A stretch of DNA of 63,600 nt, the filler included, from Aduncisulcus paluster (lineage: Eukaryota), in NCBI GenBank assembly GCA_024181965.1. It is 8 parts of 8 records of this genome, joined end to end, with 100 filler letters (N's around TTAATTAATTAA, not from the genome) between each part and the next. Parts side by side here need not be neighbours in the genome. Positions count along the whole stretch, not along the records: positions 20,851 to 23,566 come from BQXS01012309.1; positions 23,667 to 42,934 come from BQXS01012310.1; 6 more parts are not named here. One strand, given 5' to 3'. This document shows, one piece after another, positions 22,961 to 34,922 of this stretch (position 1 is the first letter of the stretch; every line of letters starts with the position of its first letter). The position numbers and the translations under genes are program-made. Under the pieces are notes generated by a model that saw only the letters and a list, made by a program, of their open reading frames with translations, was not told the origin of the DNA and made no database searches.

Positions 22961-23566
22961 TAGTCGGATTTAAAGGGACATCGAACGGAAGAAATCTTTG
23001 AACTAGGATGGATTACAGAATTAAAGCGGAAATTTAACTTAAAAACAGGAATATTCTCTCGAATCTACCAATTTTGCATGAATTTATTTTTTTGAAATCT
23101 ATTTTTAGAAATTCTATAAATAGAAACTGAAAATATTAATTTGCGTGCTTTTCACTAAATACTCAATAATTGTGTATTTTGATGAAGAATATGTCTGGTA
23201 TTTCTATATTTTGTCCTTGAATTGGTTTGTTTGCTTGTTTCTTGCTTAATTTTCTTGAAGTGGTCGCCAGATATTCGAGATTTCCCTAATTTTTGGGTTA
23301 TACTCTGTTATATAACGATGTGTTAGCTGTTCTACAGAATTTATGCTTGGAGCAAATTTACTATTTTGAAATAAAATATAAATTCCCAGTTTTTGGATTT
23401 GAAACCAAACCGGAACCAAAAAATAAAACATTCTTAATCCTTTAATATAATAAGATGATAACTTCAAAATAATAAATAATAATAATAGTTTCTGTCAATA
23501 ATAAATAAACAACATTGTAATACCATCATACTAACACTACCTTCTTTCTTTTTATAATTCTCGTAT

Positions 23567-23666
23567 NNNNNNNNNNNNNNNNNNNNNNNNNNNNNNNNNN
23601 NNNNNNNNNNTTAATTAATTAANNNNNNNNNNNNNNNNNNNNNNNNNNNNNNNNNNNNNNNNNNNN
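23567..23666. other. Artificial contig spacer
   Basis: N44-TTAATTAATTAA-N44. Confidence 0.97.
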
Positions 23667-23809
23667 AGTGTAGAATTCAAGTTGATGGTTCATAACGAAT
23701 GAATCATTTGTTCATTTCAATTTGATTGACTTCATCTTATTCAATAATCTGTGGAAAATTTCGAAGAACAAATAAAAGTTGAAGGATAGTATACTATAGT
23801 ATAGTATAT

Positions 23810-25535
23810 TTAAAATTTTAAGGAGTCCATCCATCTTTGAAGGGAAGAAGAGGAACTCATATCCTTGAAATCGCCCAATTTCCCATAGCCGACCCCTGTT
23901 TTCTCACTCCACTCACTCTTTCTTATTGGTATATGGGAGAGAATATCACAAGATGGATCAATACTTTCCTCAAGAATACATCCAACACCATGAACTTGTC
24001 CAAAAATCTCTCGAAATTGTTCAAGACTCATTGAAAGTGCAATATCAGCAAATTCAGGTGATGTAAATAACTCATCTGAATCTTTTGCAAGAACAGCCTG
24101 TGAAATAACATCGTACAATACTTTTTGTCCCACAGATGATCCAGATGTAAACAGAGGTTGTCCAATTCCTTGCCACATCAAATAAGCTCGTTTTGCTTCA
24201 CTAAACTTATCTCTTAGCGAATAAGATTTCCGCTTCATTCCATCAGAATCCTTTCCCATCGAGAATGAATGTATAAGAGAGTCAGGATTCCCATGGAATA
24301 GCCCATTAATCTCCTCTCCGATGATATCAATGGCTCGTACGGCATCTTCCTCATTTACACTGACAGTCACCCCACAAAAGATACCCGCATCATAGACCGT
24401 GTTGAATGAACGAAGGGACTGGAATGACGGAAGAGAGGAGGCAATCCGTCTTCCGCAAGGTCCAAGACTATCGAATGAACCCAAGGAACCAATTCCACCT
24501 CTTCCAAAGAGAGTGGAGAAGAGGGAGGAGGCTGCAATGGATGCTGCAGGTGATGATGTGGGAAGGATATTCCTAATACCAAGAGAGACATGAACTGTGG
24601 GACCTTTTCCCTGAGGGTGAAAAGGCCTGGGAACAAATACTTGACCGGAATACATTGGGGTTGAAGCATCGAAAAAGCCGTCGCAAGGAGATATTGACTG
24701 GAGATCACTGCCTTTTGAGGTACTTGGAGGAATATCCAGAACAGGGTGAAGATCAACATCCTCCAACATTTCTTTCACACGAATAATGTTGTCTTCATGA
24801 GATATATCCCCAACAGAGATATATATACAATCTGAAGGTGTAATATGGGAGATAAAAGACTTCAATAACTCAGGAGTCATGGAAGAAATATTTTTGTGGG
24901 GTCCAAGAACTGGACGGCCAAAACAAAGACCAGACTTATCGGACAGGGTTGGATGAAAAGCTAAATAGTGAAGCAAATCCACAGAAACTTCATAAGGCTA
25001 AAAAATAACGCAAAATAAATACGAATAGATTAGGGTGTAAAAAGAGGAGTAGAAATAATAACGAAAAATGAGAAATCAAACAACATACTTCTTTTGATAT
25101 AAACTGAGCTTCATTGTTAATAGAACCCCTTTCAATGTCAATTGCGCTCTTATCCAATCTCGAATTAAAAACCATATCACCAAGCAATCCAGTTGCCCAT
25201 TTGTTCAAATCTTTCTTTCCAAGAAAGTTATCAATATATTTTCGAGGAGAGGGAGGAGAAATAGCATCCAAAAGATAGAAAGTAAAGCCTCTTGAAGTGG
25301 CTGCATTTAAAGATCCACCGGTCTCTTCCACCTCTCTCGTAATTTTTGATAAATTTTCACGACATTTTGTTCCATGAAACATTGCATGTTCCAAAAAGTG
25401 GGTGTAACCACATGTTTCAGAGGTTTCTCGTGCAGAACCATTCTTTATGGTTAATCCATGATGTAAAAAGGGAGAGGATGCCGACGGAACAGTTATTACT
25501 CTAATTCCATGATCAATAATAGAAGATTGAAGCAT
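23810..25535 (-). CDS. M16 metallopeptidase, mitochondrial/hydrogenosomal processing peptidase beta-like, 2 exons
   Basis: GSARE...GYTHFLEHAMFHGT (HXXEH), GGSLNAATSR, IERGSINNE. Intron 25088-24998 (GTATGT...TAG) joins SKE|PYEVSVDLLH. C-domain SFNTVYDAGIF. Confidence 0.85.
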
Positions 25536-25896
25536 AATATCTCAATATTATCAGTTGTTTCACCCAAATTATACATAGAACCTCCCTACTTTACTAAACT
25601 GCATTCTCCATTATTATCCATTAATTGGCTTTAAATAATAAGTATATAAAATGTTTTATTTTCATAATTTGTGGGTCATATTCCTTGAAAATAATCAATT
25701 AGTTCGATAGAAGGAAGATGAATCCACAATCGAGAAATGTCAATAAATAATTGATTTAAATAATATAATTAATTATTAAAAACAATACATAAAATAGTTC
25801 CGAGATCTTTTTATTTTGGAAGCTGATTATTTCCTATTTTTGGATGGGAAAGCTTCAGAGTTTCTTCTTGCCTCGAGATAAAGGAATAATATTAAT

Positions 25897-26419
25897 ATGT
25901 CAGGAATATATCGTTCTTCTGTGGCAAAACCTTTTGCTGAAGAGAAATTTTCAAAGAAATGCTTAAAGTTAGTCAATTTGTGTATGTCTATCTAGTTTAG
26001 TTCTTTTTAAAATTGTTTTTCGACAAATAATTCTCATTAATTATTCTAAATGCTTGTTTCTTTTTTGGCATTTGCTTCAATTTATTAATATCATGTTACT
26101 AGCCGCTAAACAAAAATCTATCAAAAGAGGGGTGAAAGAAGTTGCAAAAGGCATTAAAAAAGGATTAAAAGGAGTTGTTTTTATCGCCGCTGATACCTAT
26201 CCCATTGATGTTTTTGCCCATATCCCTATATTATGTGAGAAAAATGATATCCCTTATGTTTTTGTTCCCTCGAAAAAAGAATTAGGTCACGCCGCTGCCA
26301 CAAAGAAAACTAGTTCGTGTATTATGGTTATATTACCCGCAGGTAGTAAGGATGAAGATTTTTCAAAAACTTACAAGAAAATTTATAAGAAGGCTACAGA
26401 AGCGTGTAAAACCGAATAA
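25897..26419 (+). CDS. NHP2: H/ACA snoRNP subunit NHP2 (L7Ae family), 2 exons
   Basis: ATG 25897, intron 25982-26102; RGVKEVAKGIKKG...IAADTYPIDVFAHIPILCE...PYVFVPSKKELG. Confidence 0.9.
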
Positions 26420-26711
26420 TATTTATGAATCAATAATATTAATCCATTTTCATCAAAACAATTGCTTCTTTCATTAATAAATCCTTATCTAAAGTTGTTA
26501 TTGTTATCTACTTTTACCGTTTTAGTCTTTGAATTTGGATCCGATATCGGGAGAAGAATTTTCATAATAATAATAATTTTTCTTAATTTTTTTTAAATTG
26601 TTTTGTCTTTGTTTTAGAAAGCTTCTATCCTGAGAATCAGATGATCCAAATTTAGACCAAAGCTATCAATTGAACTCTTGCCTTTCTGGCTCGACTCAGT
26701 AATAATTGATC

Positions 26712-27352
26712 ATGGGTATGTTAAAATTACACTTGAAATTTAAGTTTGAATTTTGTCTATTCATTGATTGTGAGAAATTGTGTTTCTAATTGATATATTT
26801 TGCAAATCTTTCCTTATTTGATCCTAATATGATATTTTATTGCCTTTACACAATTATTTTTTTATTTTTCGCTTTATTAAATCGTCTTCTTTCCTTTAAA
26901 TATTTCTCTAAACATCATATAATTTATTAGCTACTGGTAAAGCTCATTTGGCTGCTGCTGCTGTTAAGAAAAACACCCGTAAAGTTGTGAAGAAGGTCCG
27001 CACTAAAGTGAGGTACACTCGTCCCACAACTCGTAAGATTGCTCGTGCTCCTCGTTACCCCCGTGTGGCTGTTACTCCTATTGTTGGCCGTGACAGTTTT
27101 GACGTTCTTAGATTCCCCGTTAACTCTGAGAAGGCTATGACTCAAATGGAGAAGCTTAACGTTATTACTTTCATTGTTGAGCGTTCTGCTACCAAACACT
27201 CCATTAAGCGTGCTTTTGAGAGTGTGTACAAGACTAAGGTCGCTCGTGTTAACACTCTTATCCGTCCTGATGGATCTAAGAAGGCTTTCATCAAGCTTGC
27301 TGCCGGTGAGGATGCTCTTAACGTTTCCTCTGAGAAGATTGGACTTATGTGA
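26712..27352 (+). CDS. RPL23A: 60S ribosomal protein L23a (uL23/L25), 2 exons
   Basis: 4-nt first exon ATGG, intron 26716-26930; ARAPRYPR, RFPVNSEKAM, VNTLIRPDGSKKAFIKL; strongly biased codon usage. Confidence 0.95.
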
Positions 27353-27486
27353 GCATAGTAAATTTAGGCCATAGATTTCCATGGTTTTATATATATAGAC
27401 CTGTTATGTTTTGATTATATCATTATTTTTATTTTCTATTAATCTGCTTCACTAATTTCAATTTTCGATTTATGATTTGTCACCAC

Positions 27487-28329
27487 TACATCTTCCAAGT
27501 GATATTTTATTTGTCAAATTATGAGTACATTATTAAACAAGATCAAAATTAGTGTTACTCAAGATCTTAACAAGATAGAAAAGTCCCTAGAAGATTTTGA
27601 GTCCATTCAAGTCGAAGAAATAGGTATATTGGACAAACTTCTCATAAAATGTCGAGAAAATATTAAAAAGGCACGAATTATTACTGTATGTTTATTATTT
27701 CCCTTTTTATTATCTTCCAAAATTATTTTGAGAACAAATACCTCCTCACACTTTTTTTTTTTAATAATTTAGAATGATCTTATTGTTGATATTCGAAGAG
27801 TTAAAAAAAAGAAGAAGAAATCCCATGATCTGGATCAAAAATCTATCGAAGGAAAGATTTCCCAATTTGAAAAAGGACTTGAGGAGTATGTTGGTGTCNN
27901 NNNNNNNNNNNNNNNNNNTACATCTTCCAAGTGATATTTTATTTGTCAAATTATGAGTACATTATTAAACAAGATCAAAATTAGTGTTACTCAAGATCTT
28001 AACAAGATAGAAAAGTACCTAGAAGATTTTGAGTCCATTCAAGTCGAAGAAATAGGTATATTGGACAAACTTCTCATAAAATGTCGAGAAAATATTAAAA
28101 AGGCACGAATTATTACTGTATGTTTATTATTTCCCTTTTTATTATCTTCCAAAATTATTTTGAGAACAAATACCTCCTCACACTTTTTTTTTTAATAATT
28201 TAGAATGATCTTATTGTTGATATTCGAAGAGTTAAAAAAAAGAAGAAGAAATCCCATGATCTGGATCAAAAATCTATCGAAGGAAAGATTTCCCAATTTG
28301 AAAAAGGACTTGAGGAGTATGTTGGTGTC
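27487..28329. repeat. ~412-nt duplication of the Sec20 5' part across a 20-N gap (probable two haplotypes)
   Basis: 27487-27898 vs 27919-28329: one substitution (27585 C / 28017 A, Ser/Tyr) and a T-tract length difference. Confidence 0.85.
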
Positions 28330-28861
28330 AAATAAGTTATTACCATGTTATTTTCATTATTGAGCGTTTAATAATAATATTTTTAGCTTAATTTCATATT
28401 TTTATTTTGTGACAAAATTGTATCAATCATTTCTTGAAAAAAAGAAACGTAGTGCCCTAGGTCTGGAAGAAGATAGAAAAAGTATTATAACAGTAACCCA
28501 AGCTTTACAGAATACTGCTGACATTCTCGTCGAGGAGAATGCTAGAACTACTATAGCTATGAACCAGCTGCTTGGTTCTCAAGATACCCTAAAGCATGCC
28601 GCAGACACACAGGATGGAATGGGAGACACCATTAATTCTGCCGGAAAAGAAGTAGAAAGGCTTCGAAAACAGGCAATTATTGAGAGATTAATTGTGTATT
28701 GTTTTATTTTCATATTTGTTCTCACAGCCACTTATGTGACAGCTAGAAGGTTAAAACGCGTTGGACTTGGATTTTTTGATATTTTTTCGAAAATATTTAG
28801 TCCTATTAAGTGGTTATATAATTGGGTTCGAAAGCATCGACAAGGGAAAATTGATTTGTGA
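27953..28861 (+). CDS. SEC20: Sec20/BNIP1-like Qb-SNARE, 3 exons
   Basis: Introns 28118-28203 and 28317-28386 (GTATGT...TAG) give a continuous frame; SNARE heptads then ERLIVYCFIFIFVLTATYVTARRL, a Sec20-type TM ending in RRL. Confidence 0.7.
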
Positions 28862-28888
28862 TCTTTCTCTCTTTGGTTAAATAATATA

Positions 28889-29707
28889 TCATTTCAAAAA
28901 TACAGTTCTTATTTCATCAGTAATTCCTCCATTACATTTTAGGAGATTCATTATTGGCCATCGAGCACATAGGAGAGATGGATCAACCACTTTTTCAAAA
29001 TCTGCCATCATTTTTGTGAATATTTTTCTTTTTCCTTCCGTAAGTAATAAATAAACATATTTTGCATGTTTTTGAAGGAATGGAATAGTGATAGAAATTC
29101 TATCTTTTACATCAAAGCGAGTTGTTGTAGTTGCTGATACAATTCTTTCTTCTTTAAGTTGGGATAAAGATAATGGAGGAAAAAGGGAACAAATGTGCCC
29201 ATCATCACCCATTCCCAAAATAACAATATGATGTCCTTTGGAGGGCGGAAACAAACATTCTTCAAGTTCTTCAGAATATCGCTCCGCAATATCAGAAGGT
29301 AACTCATGAACGATATCAGTTTCTGGGAAAACGAGTGCCTTCACTTGGGATCCACAAGATTTGAGAACAGGAAGAACACCAACGATAACCTTCTCATCTT
29401 TATCATATTCAATCGTAGTTGATAAGTGGGAAAATTTAGAACCACTCATACAGGTTGCAATCAATGATTTGTTACTAAAAGGTGAAAACGATGGTACAAC
29501 GCGATCATCAACAAGATATATAACCAAATTTGGGATAAGATCATTAGGAACCCCTTTAAAAATATTTTCATATACGGGTTTTGGTGTAGATCCGCCACTT
29601 AATCCAATGGAAACTATTGAATTTTGTTTGAATTCATCTTGAACGGTTTCAACAATCATATTGGCACATTCGGAAAATGTTTTTTCGAAAATTCTTATTG
29701 AACTCAT
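28889..29707 (-). CDS. PGLS: 6-phosphogluconolactonase
   Basis: IGLSGGSTP, LVDDRVVP, ILGMGDDGHICSLFP, RISIT; first ATG 29707. Confidence 0.9.
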   Translation of the reverse strand: MSSIRIFEKTFSECANMIVETVQDEFKQNSIVSIGLSGGSTPKPVYENIFKGVPNDLIPNLVIYLVDDRVVPSFSPFSNKSLIATCMSGSKFSHLSTTIEYDKDEKVIVGVLPVLKSCGSQVKALVFPETDIVHELPSDIAERYSEELEECLFPPSKGHHIVILGMGDDGHICSLFPPLSLSQLKEERIVSATTTTRFDVKDRISITIPFLQKHAKYVYLLLTEGKRKIFTKMMADFEKVVDPSLLCARWPIMNLLKCNGGITDEIRTVFLK

Positions 29708-29984
29708 AAATATATCTTTCAAAGTGGCACTTTGGATAAAACTTCGGTCAGCTCAAGATGAAAAGCTTGTCATTTGTAAAATGAGTGTCCCGAACAGAAA
29801 AGAGTAAAATCTAATTTAAAATATCATTTTAAATTAAATTTATGTAAAATTTGCCAAAAATTATCTTTACAAACTTGACAAAAATACAATGCAAAAAAAC
29901 ACAAAATTTTGAATTCAAACCCAAAATCTGAAGAAAACCCTTGTCAATGAAATTCACTCATTGGTCAACAAAATAGAAAAAAAC

Positions 29985-31825
29985 ATGGCTTCTATTGCTA
30001 AATTAGAATCAAGTATACAAGCAACAGTGTCTTGGGATGGAGAAGATGTTCTTACAACTGTAAGGTATGTTGATAGAGATTTCACCGAATCATTATGATT
30101 TGCATTTCATTTTTATGCAGAAATTGTGCATGATTAACATGATTTAATAGTGTTTATGCCAATGGAAAGATGGAATTTAAAATTGGGAGAACAAAACACA
30201 ACATTCCAATCATTGCCAATACTACCATTCATTCTTTGAAAGGTCGACGAACATGTGTTGTTTCGGGAGCTAAGGGTCTTGTTTTCACTCCTTGTACTGA
30301 TGATGAATTAGTGAGTCTCTTGAGTGCCATTCAGATGCAAAAATATGAAAAGAGGATTGCAAAACAACACGTTGAATCAACTTTAGCCTCTTTAAATATA
30401 TCTCATGCAAAATTACAGGTTGGACAAGAATGGGAAGATGTATTCATCAAGATAGAAGGAGTTCAAATAACATTTTACGAAAGATCTGGCCAAATTATTC
30501 ATGAAACTGATGAAGGAATTGTTGAAAAATGGAGGATTAGTGCAGCATCGGAACCAATTGTTTCAGGAAGCGCAGGAGTTCTTGTAAAAGTCCATAAAAA
30601 GGGCATTGTCGAATTTGATTCTTCGGACGAAGCAGATTTATTTGTCGGAACTGTATTAACTCAAGCGGAGAGTCTTCGGATGGAAATGAGTGAAAAGGAT
30701 CGGGAACAGCTATTAGCGTCATTTTCTACTCCAATCCATTTCAGTGGTATGACTGGATTATCCTCTGCTACAAAAGTATATATACTATTTGCAAAGATGG
30801 ACATGGGATTAGTTCGGAAAAAGAAAAACGTTCAAGTATATCTCGACTGTGATGGGTTATTTGAAGTGCGAGGAATTCGTGAGTATGGCGGGAAACAACT
30901 TGTAACAACAGACAGGAGTGATATTCGTGAGATATTTTATCGGACTGTCATTCCCACCCTATCTGTTGGTGATATCAGTGAGCTACGAGATGTTCCTGGT
31001 CAATATATTTTTGGACTCAAAATTGGTCCCAAATGCCCCAAAATATATTTTTTGAACAAAGATGTGCGTGATATGTTTGTTGCTCGTGCTAAAATCATTC
31101 GTAGTGCCCTCCGATGCGAGAAAGTTTCTCAAGAAGAACTCCAGAAATATGCTCCGGGTCTTACAGTTGTGTATTCCACGTCGATCAAGGGAATTGAGTT
31201 GGCCGATGAAACCACAAAAGCAAAGAAAACTCAATTTCTCAAAGTTATCGTCCACCGAGAGGAAGAAAAGAAGGAGAAAAAGGACAAGGAAAAAAGAAGA
31301 AGTATGATATTTCGAGAAGAGATCTTTAATTATCGATTTAAGCTTGTAAGTTGGGCCACAAGCTCTGTTCTTGTGCTTCAACATCTATTGTTGCGCGATA
31401 CGGGTATTCCAATTGCTCGTCAAGTTCTTATGCACAGAGGGTGTGAAGCCATCTCCAATTTTCAGTCAAACTCTTTGTATAGTTTGCCAAGAGAATGTAC
31501 ATTAGACCTTTATATTGCCCCTCCTGTTCCAGTTTCCTTGAGCTCCCTCGTTGTGAGTCGTAAAATAGATGATCTTCGAGGAGAAATCAAAAAGATCCAA
31601 CACAAAATGGAAAAAACACATGGTGCAATTGCAAAGATCTCAAAAGAAGATAGAGTAAGTGGTTTATTAAGTGAAATGAAGACTCTTTTGACAAAGAACA
31701 AACAAGCAATGTCTGCATTACAACGATCAAGTTTATCATTGGAGGAAAAGGCGCAATTGCAAAAGAGTGTTGAAGAAATTGATCGAAGTGTCAAATTCTA
31801 CCTTGACAAACTCAAAAAGAGATGA
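29985..31825 (+). CDS. Protein with putative tandem PH-like domains, a ubiquitin-like domain and a C-terminal coiled coil, 2 exons
   Basis: Intron 30065-30150 in frame. SVLVLQHLLLRDTGIPIARQVLMHRG resembles the ubiquitin pattern GIPxxxQxLxxxG; beta-rich blocks end in helices such as FDSSDEADLFVGTV and FLNKDVRDMFVAR. Confidence 0.5.
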
Positions 31826-31826
31826 A

Positions 31827-34397
31827 TCATAAACAATCAATAATGGGTCCAAACTGAGGGGAAAATTCACGTATTTTTGCATCCAATAAGCTATCTGGGT
31901 TTCTTGAAATAAATATAATCAAAAGATTTATAACCTTTTCCTTTTCAATATCTGTTAATTTTAATAAAGGAATTCCCAATTTCCCCCTTTTCACCACATT
32001 CTCAAGCCCACCCTCCCAAGTATCTGGAATTTCCTTGACTTTCTTTAACACATCTACCATGGTATTGGAGATATTGTGAATGGCAACCACATTTCCACGA
32101 AGAATAGCTTCACAAAGAAGACGTGGGAGATAACCAATAAATGATGAAGATAAAGATGGATCTAAAATAAGGGGCGATGAGCAATCAGATCCAAAAATAG
32201 AATTCATGAGAAGATTCATATATTCAAGCTTTTCGCAGGACCCCGAGGAAGATAATTTCAATGTTTTAAACACGGAAAGACTGAGTTTGGGAAGGAATGA
32301 TAGAGATTTATGATTGGAATATGGAAGTAGTGCCCTAAATATAGAATATGAGAAAGAGAGTCTATGTTCTTGAACAAAATTTTTAACATTTTGCAGGAAT
32401 ATTTGAATAAAATCATTTGACTCAGCCTCAATCGAGGAATTATTCTTATTCGGTTGAACAGGAGTGTGTCTTCGTTTCCCAAGAACATCAAAAATACCAG
32501 AACCAGCCTTGGATGATACTTCTGTGACCCTTTTCCTCACCTTTGTGCGCAAAGAAAGAGATAATTTCTCCATTTCTTTTACATCTGGAGGCAAAAAATA
32601 AGATCCAAGTCGCAACAAAAGCGAATTAAAAACAACTGAAGAGAAAGGGAAAAATCTCATCACTAACCGAAACACAATAAGCGATGAGAGTGAGAGGATA
32701 GGAGTCGGATGATCTCCAGGAATAAATGGCGGAATTCCTTTTGTTTGTCCCCTTCTATCACTCGAAGGATCCTTCTTCTTAACAGTTGGCACTTTGAATT
32801 TTCTTCCCCATTTCCCCTTGACTTCCTTAATAATTCTATCATCATCCTTGTGGATTTTCCCTTCAACCCATCCACTTGTGATACCTTCCTTCACAGCAGT
32901 GTTCCCAAGACACCCAGTTAGAGAAAGATGAAGCGTGGAGAGAGGGACGGTCATAGAAGAATATGTCACCGTGTAAGCTGCGTGCTTCATTGTATCGTAA
33001 TTATTCCAGCTCTTAGATGAATCAAGAAAGGAACCAATCCAGTCAAGCATCCCAATTAAACATTCAGATATTTGAAGGACTTTTTGTCTCTCTTTCTCAA
33101 CTAATTGATAATCCGACGAGGATCTAATCATTTTTCTTCGCTTTTTTTCACGTCTATCCTCCCCTTTTTCATCATCAGAAAGTCGGATCCTTCGCTTATC
33201 CNNNNNNNNNNNNNNNNNNNNGAGAGGGACGGTCATAGAAGAATATGTCACCGTGTAAGCTGCGTGCTTCATTGTATCGTAATTATTCCAGCTCTTAGAT
33301 GAATCAAGAAAGGAACCAATCCAGTCAAGCATCCCAATTAAACATTCAGATATTTGAAGGACTTTTTGTCTCTCTTTCTCAACTAATTGATAATCCGACG
33401 AGGATCTAATCATTTTTCTTCGCTTTTTTTCACGTCTATCCTCCCCTTTTTCATCATCAGAAAGTCGGATCCTTCGCTTATCCCACTTTTGAAGCCTTTC
33501 CTCTCGATGTTTTATCTTTCGAACAATATCATCGCCAGAAAAGTCATCTTCACTGAATAAATGCATGTGATCACTGATATACACACACAAAGAGGGCAAC
33601 AGAGTAAATACCAACTCACACACACACATATACGTTGTTTGAGATGTCAACTGGTGTGAAAGAGAGGTAAATCCATGCGAAAAAAAGGATGAACGGGCAC
33701 ATAGTGGGGATTTAGAAGAAATAGAGGGGGATATTGATGAAAATGAACGTCTCAGTCTGTCGGCAAGGATAACCAATTCCAACATATCATCTCCTTTCGT
33801 TTTACGACAAGCAAGTACAAGAGCAGGCAATATCATAGAATCTCCTTTACAAAGAATCATTCCTTGAGCAGCAGCAGTGCCTCCGTTTTGAAGCCATAAG
33901 GCAAGCACTTCAGCAGCAGTTTTTCGAACAATTGGCCTTGTATGACATAATGCAGCGGAAATATGAGCGGATAAAGAAGAAGAATAAATTGAAAAGAAAG
34001 CAGCAGCATCGGACACTCCAGGAGGGATAATAATGGAGGCAATTATCCCAAAAACTGCAGGTAATTTTCCTAATATTGTCGAATTTTCATCTTGAAGCCT
34101 TTCTACGATCGTATCAATGACTTTATGAGTTTGATTGGCGATTGATGAGTGTCCAAACTTTTGGAAGAGCTTTGACATATCAATTAAAGCTTCCAATCGT
34201 TTTCCAGAGACAGAATTTCTCGATAAATATAGTAAATGATTAAGAGAATGACCCTTTTCAGTGATTAGTAAGCTCCTTTTCTTTTCCTCTTCAATATAAG
34301 CGACATGTTGAGTTAAAAGATCGATAGATTTTAGTTTGACGGTAGTATTGGTGAAATTTGAAGGTTTTTTTGCCTTGAGTTTTTCTGATTTCCCCAT
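31827..34397 (-). CDS. TEX10: Pre-rRNA processing Rix1-complex protein IPI1/TEX10 (contains an artefactual internal duplication)
   Basis: KPSNFTNTTVKLKSIDLLTQ and LSAHISAALCHTRPIVRKTAAEVL match IPI1/TEX10 N-terminal motifs. Confidence 0.8.
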   Translation of the reverse strand: MGKSEKLKAKKPSNFTNTTVKLKSIDLLTQHVAYIEEEKKRSLLITEKGHSLNHLLYLSRNSVSGKRLEALIDMSKLFQKFGHSSIANQTHKVIDTIVERLQDENSTILGKLPAVFGIIASIIIPPGVSDAAAFFSIYSSSLSAHISAALCHTRPIVRKTAAEVLALWLQNGGTAAAQGMILCKGDSMILPALVLACRKTKGDDMLELVILADRLRRSFSSISPSISSKSPLCARSSFFSHGFTSLSHQLTSQTTYMCVCELVFTLLPSLCVYISDHMHLFSEDDFSGDDIVRKIKHREERLQKWDKRRIRLSDDEKGEDRREKKRRKMIRSSSDYQLVEKERQKVLQISECLIGMLDWIGSFLDSSKSWNNYDTMKHAAYTVTYSSMTVPLXXXXXXXDKRRIRLSDDEKGEDRREKKRRKMIRSSSDYQLVEKERQKVLQISECLIGMLDWIGSFLDSSKSWNNYDTMKHAAYTVTYSSMTVPLSTLHLSLTGCLGNTAVKEGITSGWVEGKIHKDDDRIIKEVKGKWGRKFKVPTVKKKDPSSDRRGQTKGIPPFIPGDHPTPILSLSSLIVFRLVMRFFPFSSVVFNSLLLRLGSYFLPPDVKEMEKLSLSLRTKVRKRVTEVSSKAGSGIFDVLGKRRHTPVQPNKNNSSIEAESNDFIQIFLQNVKNFVQEHRLSFSYSIFRALLPYSNHKSLSFLPKLSLSVFKTLKLSSSGSCEKLEYMNLLMNSIFGSDCSSPLILDPSLSSSFIGYLPRLLCEAILRGNVVAIHNISNTMVDVLKKVKEIPDTWEGGLENVVKRGKLGIPLLKLTDIEKEKVINLLIIFISRNPDSLLDAKIREFSPQFGPIIDCL
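32940..33483. repeat. 262-nt duplication across a 20-N gap inside TEX10 (assembly overlap)
   Basis: 32940-33201 appears identical to 33222-33483. Confidence 0.9.
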
Positions 34398-34922
34398 TAC
34401 CCAAAAAAAACTTGGTAAACTTTCAAAATAGAGAGCTTTCTATTCATCATAACCAGAAATAAATTGAATAGGTAATTTTAAAGAGATATCAATGGTTTAT
34501 TCGAATTTTCATCTTGAAGCCTTTCTACGATCGTATCAATGACTTTATGAGTTTGATTGGCGATTGATGAGTGTCCAAACTTTTGGAAGAGCTTTGACAT
34601 ATCAATTAAAGCTTCCAATCGTTTTCCAGAGACAGAATTTCTCGATAAATATAGTAAATGATTAAGAGAATGACCCTTTTCAGTGATTAGTAAGCTCCTT
34701 TTCTTTTCCTCTTCAATATAAGCGACATGTTGAGTTAAAAGATCGATAGATTTTAGTTTGACGGTAGTATTGGTGAAATTTGAAGGTTTTTTTGCCTTGA
34801 GTTTTTCTGATTTCCCCATTACCCAAAAAAAACTTGGTAAACTTTCAAAATAGAGAGCTTTCTATTCATCATAACCAGAAATAAATTGAATAGGTAATTT
34901 TAAAGAGATATCAATGGTTTAT
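34079..34922. repeat. 422-nt tandem duplication of the TEX10 promoter plus first ~106 codons, no gap
   Basis: 34079-34500 repeats at 34501-34922 and creates truncated ORF 34478-34819. Confidence 0.9.
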
